Shown piece after piece: positions 8,516 to 18,045 of a stretch of DNA of 63,982 nucleotides. The stretch's first letter is position 1; the number at the start of each line of letters is the position of its first letter. The notes under the pieces were generated by a model that worked only from the letters and a program-made list of their open reading frames with translations, was not told the DNA's origin and did no database searches. A program made the position numbers and the translations under genes. Source of the stretch: Chloroflexota bacterium (lineage in GTDB: Bacteria; Chloroflexota; Limnocylindria; Limnocylindrales; CSP1-4); assembly GCA_034667005.1 (NCBI GenBank), contig JAXDKU010000139.1:1-63982 (forward strand), in the 5' to 3' direction.

Positions 8516-9316
8516 ATGCCCGGGAAATTCGAAGGCCGTGCCGCCATCATCACCGCCGGCGGGTCCGGGATCGGGGCCGCGACGGCCCGCCGTTTCGTGG
8601 CCGAGGGCGCGTCCGTGGTGATCGCCGACCTCAGCGGCAAGCGCGGCGAGGCGGTTGCGAACGAGCTGCGCGAGGCGGGCGGCCGCGTCGAGTGGATCAA
8701 GATGGACGTGGCGGACCCGGATGCCGTCGAGGCCACCGTCAAGCTCTGCCTGGACACCTTCGGCAGCGTCGACATCATGTTCAACAACGCGGGCCTGGCG
8801 GAGCCCGGCCGCATCGAGGACCTGACACTCGAGAGCTGGAACCGCGTGCTGGCGGTGACGGTGACCAGCACGTTCCTCTTCCTCAAGCAGGTCCTCCCGA
8901 TCATGCGCAGCCAGGGGCGCGGCGTGGTCGTCAACACCGCTTCCGTCTCCGGCCTCCAGGGCGACCCGGAGATGTCCTCGTACAACGTCGGCAAGGCCGG
9001 CGTCGTGAACCTGACCCGTGCGGCGGCCCTGGAGAATGCCAAGTACGGCATCCGCGTGAACTGCGTCTGCCCCGGGACGATCAACACGCGGGTCGCCCAG
9101 GTGCTGGCCAAGGGCCGCGAGGAGGAGTTCAACCGGATCGTCGGCGGCGGCCACCCGATCGGCCGGCTCGGCGAGGCCGACGAGGTGGCGAACGCGGTGA
9201 CGTTCCTCGCCTCCGACGAGGCATCCTTCATCACCGGGGCGGCCCTCGTGGTCGACGGGGGCATCACGGCCTTCACCGGCATCCCGACCATGCCGCCGAT
9301 GCCGCAGGTCGCCTGA
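8516..9316 (+). CDS. SDR-family oxidoreductase (classical short-chain dehydrogenase)
   Basis: Start ATG 8516 lies after AGAGGGG. TAGGSGIGAATA is the Rossmann motif; NNAG and SxnYxxxK (YNVGKAGV) are present. It is a close paralog of the SDR at 56582..57382. Confidence 0.9.
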   Translation: MPGKFEGRAAIITAGGSGIGAATARRFVAEGASVVIADLSGKRGEAVANELREAGGRVEWIKMDVADPDAVEATVKLCLDTFGSVDIMFNNAGLAEPGRIEDLTLESWNRVLAVTVTSTFLFLKQVLPIMRSQGRGVVVNTASVSGLQGDPEMSSYNVGKAGVVNLTRAAALENAKYGIRVNCVCPGTINTRVAQVLAKGREEEFNRIVGGGHPIGRLGEADEVANAVTFLASDEASFITGAALVVDGGITAFTGIPTMPPMPQVA

Positions 9317-9358
9317 GCGCGGGCACCGGCGTCCGGGCACAGGGCCGAGGGGCCGGCC

Positions 9359-10315
9359 GTGGCGCACGGTCTGCTGTTCGGCCTGCTCACGGCGATCCTG
9401 TACGGGTCGAGCGACGCGCTCCTGACGTACGCCTCGCGGCGCGTCGGGACGGTGCGTGCGGTGGTCGTGGGTCTGGCGTTGAGCGTCATGCTGCTGGCCG
9501 GCTACGCGTTCCTGATCCACCTGACCATCCCGTCGGACTCGGATTGGATGATCCGCTCGGCCGCGATCGGCGCGGCCAACGGCCTGTCCTATCTGTTCTT
9601 CGTCCAGGCGCTCAGGCTGGGCCCGATCGTGGTGGTGAGCCCGATCAGCGCCGGGCTCGGGGCAATGACGGTGGTCTTCGCGGTCGTGTTCTTCGGGGAG
9701 TCGGTGACGCTGCCGCAGCTGGCCGCAGTCGGGATCACCGTCGTGGGCTGCTTCCTTGCTGCCGTCGTGGTCGAGCAGCGCGTCCAGCGGCCGCGGCTGG
9801 TCGGGCGCGGGCCCATCTTCATGCTCGTGGGCATCACGCTCTACGCCGCCTACACCGTCGCGCTGCGCGACCCCGTGCGGCTGTACGGCTGGGAGCCCAC
9901 CCTCCTGATTGCGCGCATCTCGGCCTTCCTGGTAGTCGCGGGGCTCGGCTTCTTCATCCTGCGGATGTCCGGGCGCAGCTCGCGGGCGACGCCTGCGGAG
10001 CGAGCCACGGCGCCGGGGGGCCACCCGCCGGTGGCCGAGCCCGCCGCGCCGGTGGTCGATGCGCCCGCGCGCCCGAGCCTCGTCATGCCGGCCTTCGTGC
10101 TGCTGCTCGTCGGCCTCTTCACGACGCTGGGGATCATCGCCTACTCGCTGGGTCTCCAGGGCGCCCCGGCCTGGCTGGTCGGGCTGGTCGTTTCGACCAG
10201 CCCGGTGATCGTCGTGGGGAGCGGAATGATCTTCCTGAAGGAGCGCCTGAGGCCGTCGCAATGGCTGGGCGTCGCCCTGATCGCGGCAGGCCTGGTCCTG
10301 CTCTCCGTCGCCTGA
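9359..10315 (+). CDS. DMT/EamA-family membrane transporter
   Basis: GTG start. About 10 hydrophobic helices form two EamA-like halves separated by a Pro/Ala-rich loop. It is a paralog of 11584..12540. Confidence 0.75.
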   Translation: MAHGLLFGLLTAILYGSSDALLTYASRRVGTVRAVVVGLALSVMLLAGYAFLIHLTIPSDSDWMIRSAAIGAANGLSYLFFVQALRLGPIVVVSPISAGLGAMTVVFAVVFFGESVTLPQLAAVGITVVGCFLAAVVVEQRVQRPRLVGRGPIFMLVGITLYAAYTVALRDPVRLYGWEPTLLIARISAFLVVAGLGFFILRMSGRSSRATPAERATAPGGHPPVAEPAAPVVDAPARPSLVMPAFVLLLVGLFTTLGIIAYSLGLQGAPAWLVGLVVSTSPVIVVGSGMIFLKERLRPSQWLGVALIAAGLVLLSVA

Positions 10316-10370
10316 GGCCGGCCCGCGGAGCCGGCACGTCCCCAACCACGCAGCCGAGAGGGTAGGAACG

Positions 10371-11546
10371 ATGCGCTTCGATGCAGCCCAGAGGAAGCTC
10401 TTGCTCGACAGCGTCGAGCGGCTCGCACGCGACCACATCGCGGCACGCATGTCGCAGATCGACCGCTCGGACGAGTTCCCGTGGGACGTCTACAAGCGGC
10501 AGGCGGACCTCGGGCTCTTCGCGCTGTGGGTGCCCGAGGAGTACGGCGGCGCGGGCGCGGACCTGCTCACCATCCTGCTGGTCGCGGAGCGGATGGCGCG
10601 GGTGAGCGGCAGCTCGGCGCTGACCTTCTCCAACTGCGGCGACGGGACCATGCCGCTGGTCGTGGGGGGCTCCGAGCGCATCAAGCGGGAGTACCTGCCC
10701 CGCATCGCCACCGGCGAGGTCATCCCCTGCTACGCCCTGACGGAGCCCGGTGCCGGCTCCGACGCCGCCGCGATCATCACCCGGGCCCGCCGGGTGGAGG
10801 GCGGCTACCGGATCACGGGACGCAAGATCTTCTGCACGAACGGCTCGATCGGGCACGTCTTCACCGTGTTCGCGACGCTCGATCCGGCGCTCGGACGCAA
10901 GGGCATCGGGGCATTCGTGGTCCCCGCGGGCGCGGAGGGCCTGTCGATCGGCCACGACGAGGACCTGATCGGGCTGCGCGGCAGCCCCGCCTCCGAGGTG
11001 GTCTTCGACGACGTCTTCGTGCCGGAGGACGCCCGCCTTGGCGCCGAGGACGAGGGCTTCAAGATCGCCATGGCCGGGCTGGACGAGGCCCGTCTCAGCG
11101 CCTGCGCGATGTCGATCGGCATCGCGCGCGGCGCCACCGTGCTCGCGCTCGAACAGGCCCGCCAGCGTGTCGCGTTCGGCAAGCCCATCGTCGAGCACCA
11201 GGGGATCCAGTTCCTGCTCGCCGACATGGCAACGGAGATCGCGGCGGCATGGGCGCTCACGGAGAAGGCCGTGTCGGTCACGGAGCGCCGCCCCGGCCGC
11301 GAGGCCAGCACCTACGTGGCGATGGCCAAGCTCTTCGCGACCGATGCGTGCATGCACGCCACGACGGAGGCCGTGCAGATCTTCGGCGGCTCGGGCCTCT
11401 CGCGGGAGCTGCCCGTGGAGCGGATGATGCGCGACGCCAAGGCGTTCCAGATCTTCGACGGGACGAACCAGATCCAGCGAATGATCATCGGCCGGCAGCT
11501 CCAGTTCTCGGGCCTCCCGGACGACGCGGACTGGATCATGGAGTGA
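10371..11546 (+). CDS. Acyl-CoA dehydrogenase
   Basis: ATG follows GAGAGGGTAGGA. CYALTEPGAGSDAA, the catalytic-base region IFGGSG..RELPVERMMRDAK..QIFDGTNQIQR and a length of 391 aa all fit the family. Confidence 0.9.
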   Translation: MRFDAAQRKLLLDSVERLARDHIAARMSQIDRSDEFPWDVYKRQADLGLFALWVPEEYGGAGADLLTILLVAERMARVSGSSALTFSNCGDGTMPLVVGGSERIKREYLPRIATGEVIPCYALTEPGAGSDAAAIITRARRVEGGYRITGRKIFCTNGSIGHVFTVFATLDPALGRKGIGAFVVPAGAEGLSIGHDEDLIGLRGSPASEVVFDDVFVPEDARLGAEDEGFKIAMAGLDEARLSACAMSIGIARGATVLALEQARQRVAFGKPIVEHQGIQFLLADMATEIAAAWALTEKAVSVTERRPGREASTYVAMAKLFATDACMHATTEAVQIFGGSGLSRELPVERMMRDAKAFQIFDGTNQIQRMIIGRQLQFSGLPDDADWIME

Positions 11547-11583
11547 CCCGGACGGGACGCCATCGACGGCCGTCACCGCCCTC

Positions 11584-12540
11584 GTGATCGGAGGACCGCT
11601 CCTCGGACTGCTGTCCGCCTTCGGGTTCGGCGTCAGCGACACGATCACCACCTACGCGGCGCGCCGGATCGGCACGTTCGAGACGGCGTCGCTGGGGCTG
11701 CTCGTCAGCTCCCTGGCGCTCGGCGCGTTCGTGCTCGTGTCGGGGCTGCCGTTCTCCAGCGATCCGCAGCAGCTGCTCCCGGCGATCGCGCTGGGGGTCG
11801 TGCTCGGGATCGCCTACGTCTCGATCACGCGGGCGCTGCGCCTGGGTCCCCTGATGGTCGTCGGGCCGATCACGGCCAGCGGCGGGGCCATGACCGTCCT
11901 CCTGTCGGTGCTGGTGCTGCACGACGCGCCGTCACCGATCCAGTGGGCGGCCGTGCCGATCACGATGCTCGGCGTCGCGCTGGCGGCGCTGGTCCTCGAC
12001 CGCCCCGGAGGCAGGCCATTCGGGCGCGGCGCGCTGTTCGCCGGGGTCCACGCGGTGTTCCTGGCGGTCTACTACGTGGGCTTCGGACGGGTCGTCGACA
12101 CGCTCGGCGCGGCACAGACCGCGTTCGTGACGCGGACGGTGAGCGCCCTCTTCGCCTGGACGCTGCTCGTCTTCGTGCTCGGACGGCGGAGCGCCGCCCG
12201 CCGCGCGGAGCATGCGAGCGCGACCCTCCAGAGCACCGCAGTGCTGCCGTCGGACGCGGAGGACTCCGGCGCGCCGGCCCCGAGGTTCTGGTCGTGGCGG
12301 CCGCCCAGGCGCGTCCTCGGCGCGATCTTCGTCGGCGGCCTCGTGAATGCCGCTTCGCTGATCGTGGTCTCGTACGCCCTGGTGCTCGGCCCGACGTCCA
12401 TCGTCGGCCTGCTCGCGCTGCTCAGCCCGGCCGTGGTGATCACGGCGGGCTTCGTGCTCCTCCGGGAGCGGCTCTCCCGCGTCCAGTGGCTGGGCGTGCT
12501 GCTGACGGCGATCGGCGCGGTGCTCGCGACGAGGGGCTGA
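11584..12540 (+). CDS. DMT/EamA-family membrane transporter (second copy)
   Basis: Multi-helix hydrophobic ORF with a GTG start, which is uncertain because no clear RBS is present. It has the same architecture as 9359..10315. Confidence 0.7.
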   Translation: MIGGPLLGLLSAFGFGVSDTITTYAARRIGTFETASLGLLVSSLALGAFVLVSGLPFSSDPQQLLPAIALGVVLGIAYVSITRALRLGPLMVVGPITASGGAMTVLLSVLVLHDAPSPIQWAAVPITMLGVALAALVLDRPGGRPFGRGALFAGVHAVFLAVYYVGFGRVVDTLGAAQTAFVTRTVSALFAWTLLVFVLGRRSAARRAEHASATLQSTAVLPSDAEDSGAPAPRFWSWRPPRRVLGAIFVGGLVNAASLIVVSYALVLGPTSIVGLLALLSPAVVITAGFVLLRERLSRVQWLGVLLTAIGAVLATRG

Positions 12541-12574
12541 CGGCGCCGTGCCGGAGCCCGGCGCCGCGGTCGGG

Positions 12575-13387
12575 CTAGATGGTGCGGGCCGACTCCTCGA
12601 GGTAGGAGTGGACGTCCTGGCCCCAGTCGATGTAGCCGACGAACGGCCCGTACGTGCTGTAGCCGAGCAGCCGCTGGAAGCGCTCGGGGTAGCTCCGGAC
12701 GACGTCGATCGGGACCGCCAGGTACTGGTTCTCCTCCTGGCGCAGGTAGCCGAGCATGTAGATCAGCAGGATCCCGGTGCGGTACTCGTCCGCCGTCATG
12801 TTGGCGCCCGCCCCGTGGTAGACCGACCCGAGCCAGATCAGGGCCGAGCCCTTCGGCATGACCGCCTGGACCGCCTCTTCTCGGGTGGGCCTGCGCTCGT
12901 CGTCCCACTTGTGGCTGCCCGGGATGATCCACGTCGCGCCGTTCTGCGCCGTGAAGTCGGTCGCCGCGTAGAGGCACGTCAGCTCGCTGTCCGGGCCTGG
13001 GTGGCGCCGGTCGCCGCGTGCGCCATCGTCGCGATGCAGGGTCTGGGGCGCCGAGCCGGGACCGACGCGCATCGCCTGGGTCGCGCCCACCTGGATGCCC
13101 TGGTGGGGCTGGAGCACGCGTTCGGCGGTGTCCAGGAAGCGCGGGTCCATCATCAGCTCCGCGGTCGACGGCGCCCGGCCGAGGAGCCGGTTCGTACGGG
13201 TCGTCTCGAAGCCGCTGAACTTGTCCTTGCCCTTCTGCGTGACCTTGATGTACGGGTCCAGCTCCGACAGGACCCGATCGATCATCTCGGTCGTGGCCAT
13301 GTTCCGGACGATGACGCCGCCGTCCTCCTCGATCACCGAGCAGACGTCGTCGACGGTCGCGGTCGGTTCGAGTGTCCTCAGTCCCAC
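12575..13387 (-). CDS. Phytanoyl-CoA dioxygenase (PhyH)-family Fe(II)/2-oxoglutarate dioxygenase
   Basis: GTG start after AGGAGGA. It contains QTLHRDD (the HxD iron ligands), WIIPGSHKW and GS.YHGAG.N. Confidence 0.8.
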   Translation of the reverse strand: MGLRTLEPTATVDDVCSVIEEDGGVIVRNMATTEMIDRVLSELDPYIKVTQKGKDKFSGFETTRTNRLLGRAPSTAELMMDPRFLDTAERVLQPHQGIQVGATQAMRVGPGSAPQTLHRDDGARGDRRHPGPDSELTCLYAATDFTAQNGATWIIPGSHKWDDERRPTREEAVQAVMPKGSALIWLGSVYHGAGANMTADEYRTGILLIYMLGYLRQEENQYLAVPIDVVRSYPERFQRLLGYSTYGPFVGYIDWGQDVHSYLEESARTI

Positions 13388-13474
13388 TGCGATCCTCCTG
13401 TGCGCTCCAGGGCCTCGGTCAAGGGTCCGTCCCCCAGACCGTTTTGACGATACTGCAACCTCCGCAGCCCTCGC

Positions 13475-14275
13475 TCAGTGCTCCAGCAGGTACTGGTGCG
13501 GATCCTCCATCCAGTCGATGTAGCCGGTGAAGCGGCCGTACAGGCTGTACCCGAGGAGGCGCTGGAGGCGCTCCGGATACTGCTTGACCATCTCCAGGGG
13601 CACGGACAGGTACTGGTTCTCCTCCTGGCGGAGGTAGCCGACCATGTAGAGGAACAGCAGGCCGATCCGGAACTCGTCGGCGGTGCGGTTCTCTCCGGCG
13701 CCGTGGTAGACGGACCCCAGCCACATGAGCGCCGACCCCTTGGGCATGACGGCCTGGACTGCCTCGGAACGCGACGGCTTTCGCTGGTCGTCCCATTTGT
13801 GGCTGCCCGGGATGACCCACGTGGCGCCGTTCTCCTCCGTGAAGTCGGTGCCCGCGTAGATGATCGTCAGCTCGCTGTCCGGACCGGGATGCGCTCGAGG
13901 CCCGCGTCCTCCGTCGTCACGGTGCAGCGATTGGGCTGCCGATCCGGGCCCGACCCGGATCCCCTGGGTACCGCCGATCTGGATGCCCTCGTGCGGCTGG
14001 AGCACGCGCTCGGACGTCTCCAGGAAGAGCGGGTGCATGACCAGGTCCCCGCATGAGCGCGATCGGCCGAGGAGCCGGTTGGTGCGGGTCGTCTCGAAGC
14101 CCGTGAAACGGTCCTGACCCTTCTTGCTCGCCATGAGATACGGGTCGAGCTCGGCAAGCACCCGGTCGATCAGGGCGCTGCCGGCCATGTCCCGGACGAT
14201 GACGCCGCCATCCCGCTCGATGACCGCGCAGACATCATCGACCGTCGCCGTCGGTTCGAGCGTCGTCAGTCCCAT
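13475..14275 (-). CDS. PhyH-family Fe(II)/2-oxoglutarate dioxygenase (tandem paralog)
   Basis: ATG after GGAGGAGGAG. It is collinear with 12575..13387 over the full length (MGL.TLEPTATVDDVC.VIE.DGGVIVR...). Confidence 0.8.
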   Translation of the reverse strand: MGLTTLEPTATVDDVCAVIERDGGVIVRDMAGSALIDRVLAELDPYLMASKKGQDRFTGFETTRTNRLLGRSRSCGDLVMHPLFLETSERVLQPHEGIQIGGTQGIRVGPGSAAQSLHRDDGGRGPRAHPGPDSELTIIYAGTDFTEENGATWVIPGSHKWDDQRKPSRSEAVQAVMPKGSALMWLGSVYHGAGENRTADEFRIGLLFLYMVGYLRQEENQYLSVPLEMVKQYPERLQRLLGYSLYGRFTGYIDWMEDPHQYLLEH

Positions 14276-14337
14276 GGCCGTTCTCCTCCTCCGCGTGCAT
14301 CGCGGCGACCGCCGCCGCCCGGGTCACAGCGTCGAGA

Positions 14338-15183
14338 TCAGGGCTTCCCGAAGCGCTCATCCCTCCAGGCCAGGGCCGCCTTGAGGCCGCTCGTGCGGGC
14401 GATCTCGGCGAACTCCTGCTGCTCCGGCGTATCGGCGCCGTTGAGGATGGCGGAGGCTTCCATGTTGTAGTCCACGGCGTTCACCAGGCCCTGCATCTCG
14501 TAGGCCTTGTTGATGGCCTTCTTCGTGAGCTGCATCACCGCGGGCGGCACGGTCGCCAGCAGCCGGACGTACCGCTCGGCGGCCGCCTCGAGCTCCGTGG
14601 CAGGGACCACGGTGTTGACCAGCCCGTGGATCTCCGCGGTCCGCGCGTCGATCGCCTCGCCGGTCAGCAGCAGCTGCTTGGTCTTGCGCATCCCCATCAC
14701 GAAGGGCATCAACAGCGTCACCGGGCCGGACCCATAGCGGATCTCCGGCTCGCCGAGCATCGCGTCCTCGCTGGCGACGGCCAGGTCGCAGGCCATCATC
14801 AGCTCGCAGGCCCCCGCGAGGGTCCAGCCGTGGACCACCGCGATCGTGGGCTTGGGAAAGTGGAACAGCTCCATGGTCAGCGCGATCTCGTTGGCCAGCC
14901 GCGAGCGCCACATCCAGGCGGTCGCGCCGACCATGGACTTGCCACCCTCGCTGCCGGTCAGCGACGCCGCGATGTCGTAGCCGGCCGAGAAGGCACGCCC
15001 CGCCCCGCGGAGCACGACCACCCGCACCTCGTCGTCGGCGGCAGCGCGCCCCAGGGCCGCGCGCAGCTCCAGGACCATCTCCTGCGAGATGGCGTTGAGC
15101 TTGTCGGGGCGGTTCATCGTCAGCCAGACGGCCGGTCCCCGCCGTTCGGAGAGGACGACCGCGGAACCGTCGGGGTTGGGCAT
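14338..15183 (-). CDS. Enoyl-CoA hydratase/isomerase (crotonase) family protein
   Basis: LTMNRPDKLNA, GAGRAFSAGYD and VHGWTLAGACELMMACD are present. The start is 1 nt after the upstream stop. Confidence 0.85.
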   Translation of the reverse strand: MPNPDGSAVVLSERRGPAVWLTMNRPDKLNAISQEMVLELRAALGRAAADDEVRVVVLRGAGRAFSAGYDIAASLTGSEGGKSMVGATAWMWRSRLANEIALTMELFHFPKPTIAVVHGWTLAGACELMMACDLAVASEDAMLGEPEIRYGSGPVTLLMPFVMGMRKTKQLLLTGEAIDARTAEIHGLVNTVVPATELEAAAERYVRLLATVPPAVMQLTKKAINKAYEMQGLVNAVDYNMEASAILNGADTPEQQEFAEIARTSGLKAALAWRDERFGKP

Positions 15184-15184
15184 C

Positions 15185-16045
15185 TCAGCCTCCGTGGCCC
15201 GCGCCGGTGCGCGAGCCGATCAAGCGCTCCTGGAACGCGGCGCTGGCCGTCTGGCTCGCGTCGGCCAGGTACTCCATGTGGCGCCGTGCCGCGTGCGACC
15301 CCTCGAAGGCCGAGTAGCTGATCAGCCGCTTGGCGCGCGCATTGGTCTCGGCGTCGGTGCCGTCCGCGATCGCGTGGGCGACCTCGACGGCCCGGCTCAG
15401 GGCCTGGCCCGTCGGGACCACCTCGGCGATGAGCCCCCAGCGAAGGGCCGTGGCGGCGTCCACGTGCCGTGCGAACATGATCATCTCCTTCGCACGGCCG
15501 AGGCCGATGACCTTGGGCAGGCGATAGGTCGTGCCCCACGACGGCACCCCGCCGAGCGGCACCTCCGGCAGGCCCAGCAGCGCGTCCTCGCCGCAGATCC
15601 GCAGGTCGGCGGCGAGCGAGAGCTCGAGGCCGCCGCCGACGCAGTAGCCCTCGATGGCGCAGACGATGAGCGCCGGGTGGGCCTCCAGCTGGTCGGTCAG
15701 CGCCTGCCCCGTGTCCGTGCTGTAGAGGCGCTGTGCCGGCGTCGAGGCGGCGTACTCCTTGACGTCGCCTCCCGCGCTGAACGAGCGCGTGCCGGCGCCG
15801 GTGATGACCACCACGCCGATCCCATCGGTCACGGCCTGCTCGAGGGCCGCCTGCATCGTGTCGCGCGTCGCCTGGTTGAGCGCGTTGAGGCGTCGAGGCC
15901 GGTCGATGGTCAGCACCATCACGCCGCGGTCGACCTCGACGCGCAGCTCGTCCACGTCGGCGACGGCGTTCGTGGTCGTGCCATTCGTGGCGGTGCCGTT
16001 CGTGGCCGTGCCGCTCGCCGCGGCGCCGTTCGTTGCGGCCATCAC
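15185..16045 (-). CDS. Enoyl-CoA hydratase/isomerase family protein with a low-complexity N-terminal tail
   Basis: LTIDRPRRLNAL, GAGTRSFSAGGD and IEGYCVGGGLELSLAAD are present. An ATGA overlap joins it to the upstream crotonase. The N-terminal GTATNGTATNGTTTN is encoded by three 15-nt repeats. Confidence 0.8.
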   Translation of the reverse strand: MMAATNGAAASGTATNGTATNGTTTNAVADVDELRVEVDRGVMVLTIDRPRRLNALNQATRDTMQAALEQAVTDGIGVVVITGAGTRSFSAGGDVKEYAASTPAQRLYSTDTGQALTDQLEAHPALIVCAIEGYCVGGGLELSLAADLRICGEDALLGLPEVPLGGVPSWGTTYRLPKVIGLGRAKEMIMFARHVDAATALRWGLIAEVVPTGQALSRAVEVAHAIADGTDAETNARAKRLISYSAFEGSHAARRHMEYLADASQTASAAFQERLIGSRTGAGHGG

Positions 16046-16839
16046 TTCGTGCCCGAGGAGCGCGAGACCCCCGGAACCGGCCGCTTGCCCTCGTTGGCGA
16101 ACGCGGCGACGCCCTTTTCGAACGCGTCCGACGCCGTCTGGCTCTTGTCCGCGAGGTACTCCATGAAGCGCGCCGATCGGGCCGGGGCATCCAGGCCGAA
16201 GGTGATGAGCTGCTTCGCGATCGTGATCGTGGAGGTGGCCGAGGACGCGAGCAGCAGGCGCGCGACCTCCTGGGCACGCTCGAGGGCCGTGCCCTCGGGC
16301 ACGACCTCCGACACCAGCCCCCAGTCGAGGGCCTGCTCCGGGGTCAGCTGCCGGTTGAAGAGGATCAGCTCGCGGGCGCGCCCGATGCCGACCACGCGGT
16401 GCAGCCGCACGAACGAGCCACCTGTCGGCAGCGCGCCGAGGCTGACCTCCGGGAGGCGGAACTTCGCGCCGCCGCCCGCCACGCGGTAGTCCGTGGCGAG
16501 CGCGAGCTCCAGCCCGCCGCCGAAGGCGAAGCCCTCGATGGCCGCGATGACCGGCCGCGGGTGGTACTCGACCTGGTCCAGCGTGTCCTGCATCAGGTCG
16601 GTGTTCCGCAGCCGCTCGGCCGGGGTCATGGTGGCGTACTCCTTGACGTCGCCGCCCGCGCTGAAGGCCTGCCCGCCCGCGCCCGTGATGACCACCGCGT
16701 CGACGTCGTCGCCGAAGCCGGCCAGGGCCTTCCGGATGCCCATCAGGGTGGCCGTGTCGATCGCGTTCCGGCGCGTCGGCCGGTCGATGGTCAGCGTGGC
16801 GATGCGGTCGACGACTTCGACCCGGAACTCCTCGGTCAT
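16042..16839 (-). CDS. Enoyl-CoA hydratase/isomerase family protein
   Basis: ATG after GGAGGAGGAA. LTIDRPTRRNA, GAGGQAFSAGGD and IEGFAFGGGLELALATD are present. Confidence 0.85.
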   Translation of the reverse strand: MTEEFRVEVVDRIATLTIDRPTRRNAIDTATLMGIRKALAGFGDDVDAVVITGAGGQAFSAGGDVKEYATMTPAERLRNTDLMQDTLDQVEYHPRPVIAAIEGFAFGGGLELALATDYRVAGGGAKFRLPEVSLGALPTGGSFVRLHRVVGIGRARELILFNRQLTPEQALDWGLVSEVVPEGTALERAQEVARLLLASSATSTITIAKQLITFGLDAPARSARFMEYLADKSQTASDAFEKGVAAFANEGKRPVPGVSRSSGTK

Positions 16840-16873
16840 GCGTTCCTCCTCCAGCCGAACGGCCCCCGCCCTC

Positions 16874-18037
16874 TCAGTTGAGGTCGAGCGGCAACCCTGA
16901 CTTCTGCAGATAGCGTCCGATGATCAGCTTCTGGATCTGGTCGGTGCCCTCCACGACCTGGAACACCTTCGCGTCCCGCATCATCCGGCCGACCGGGAAG
17001 TCGCGAGTCACCCCGACGCCCCCGAACACCGTGATCGCCTCCGTGGTCGCGCGCATCGCCACGCCCGTGCAGAAGAGCTTGGCCATGCTCGCGTAGGTGC
17101 TGGCCTGCCTCGTCCGCTCGTGCTCGATCATCTCCGTGGCCTTGAGCAGCAGCGTCCAGCCCGCCGCGATCTCCGTGGCAAGCTCCGCCAGCAGGAACAT
17201 GAGGCCCTGGTGCTCGATGACCGGCTTCCCGAACGCGACGCGCGACCTGGCGTGCTCGATCGCGGCCGCCACCGCGCCGGAAGCGACGCCCAGTGAGAGG
17301 GCGGCGGTGGACAGCCGGCCGTCGTCCATCGCGGTCATCGCGATCTTGAAGCCCTCGCCCTCCTCGCCGAGCCGCCACGCCGCGGGCACGACCACGTTGT
17401 CGAGGTTGACCTCGGATGCCGGGCTGCCGCGGAAGCCCAGGAGGTCCTCGTCGCGGCCGATGCTGAGGCCAGGCGTCTCGCGCGGGATGGCGAACGCGGT
17501 CACGCCCTTGGCGCCGCGCTCCGGGTCCACGGTCGCGAAGACGACGAACACGCCCGCGACCGAGCCGTTGGTGATGAACATCTTGCGGCCGGAGATCGTG
17601 TACTCGTCGCCGGAGCGGACCGCCAGGGTCCGCATCGCGGCCGCATCCGACCCCGCGGCCGCCTCGGTCATGCAGATGCTGGGAATCAGCTCACCGGCCG
17701 CGATGGCCGGCAGGTAGCGCTGCCGCAGCTCCTCGGAGCCGCCCAGCAGGATCGGTGTCGCGCCGTCTCCGCAGTTGGCCACGAACAGCCCGGCGATGCC
17801 GAGGACGCGCGCCAGGCGCTCCTCGACCAGCATGATCGTGCGCAAATCGGCCGCGACGCCCCCGTATTCCTCGGGCAGCCAGAGGCTGAAGAGGCCGAGC
17901 TCCGCCAGGCCGCGGTAGACGTCGTGCGGGAACTCCGCGGTCCGGTCGATCTCCGCGGCCCGCGGCGCGATCCTGTCGCGCGCGAACCGCTCCACGGTCT
18001 GCAAGAGGAGCTCTCGCTGGGTCTCGTCGAACGCCAT
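16874..18037 (-). CDS. Acyl-CoA dehydrogenase
   Basis: Lies in ORF 16874..18607 with start ATG 18037 (MAFDETQRELL). CMTEAAAGSDAA and VFGGVG..RDFPVGRMMRDAKVFQVVEGTDQIQ are present. It is a paralog of 10371..11546. Confidence 0.9.
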   Translation of the reverse strand: MAFDETQRELLLQTVERFARDRIAPRAAEIDRTAEFPHDVYRGLAELGLFSLWLPEEYGGVAADLRTIMLVEERLARVLGIAGLFVANCGDGATPILLGGSEELRQRYLPAIAAGELIPSICMTEAAAGSDAAAMRTLAVRSGDEYTISGRKMFITNGSVAGVFVVFATVDPERGAKGVTAFAIPRETPGLSIGRDEDLLGFRGSPASEVNLDNVVVPAAWRLGEEGEGFKIAMTAMDDGRLSTAALSLGVASGAVAAAIEHARSRVAFGKPVIEHQGLMFLLAELATEIAAGWTLLLKATEMIEHERTRQASTYASMAKLFCTGVAMRATTEAITVFGGVGVTRDFPVGRMMRDAKVFQVVEGTDQIQKLIIGRYLQKSGLPLDLN

Positions 18038-18045
18038 TACCGACC

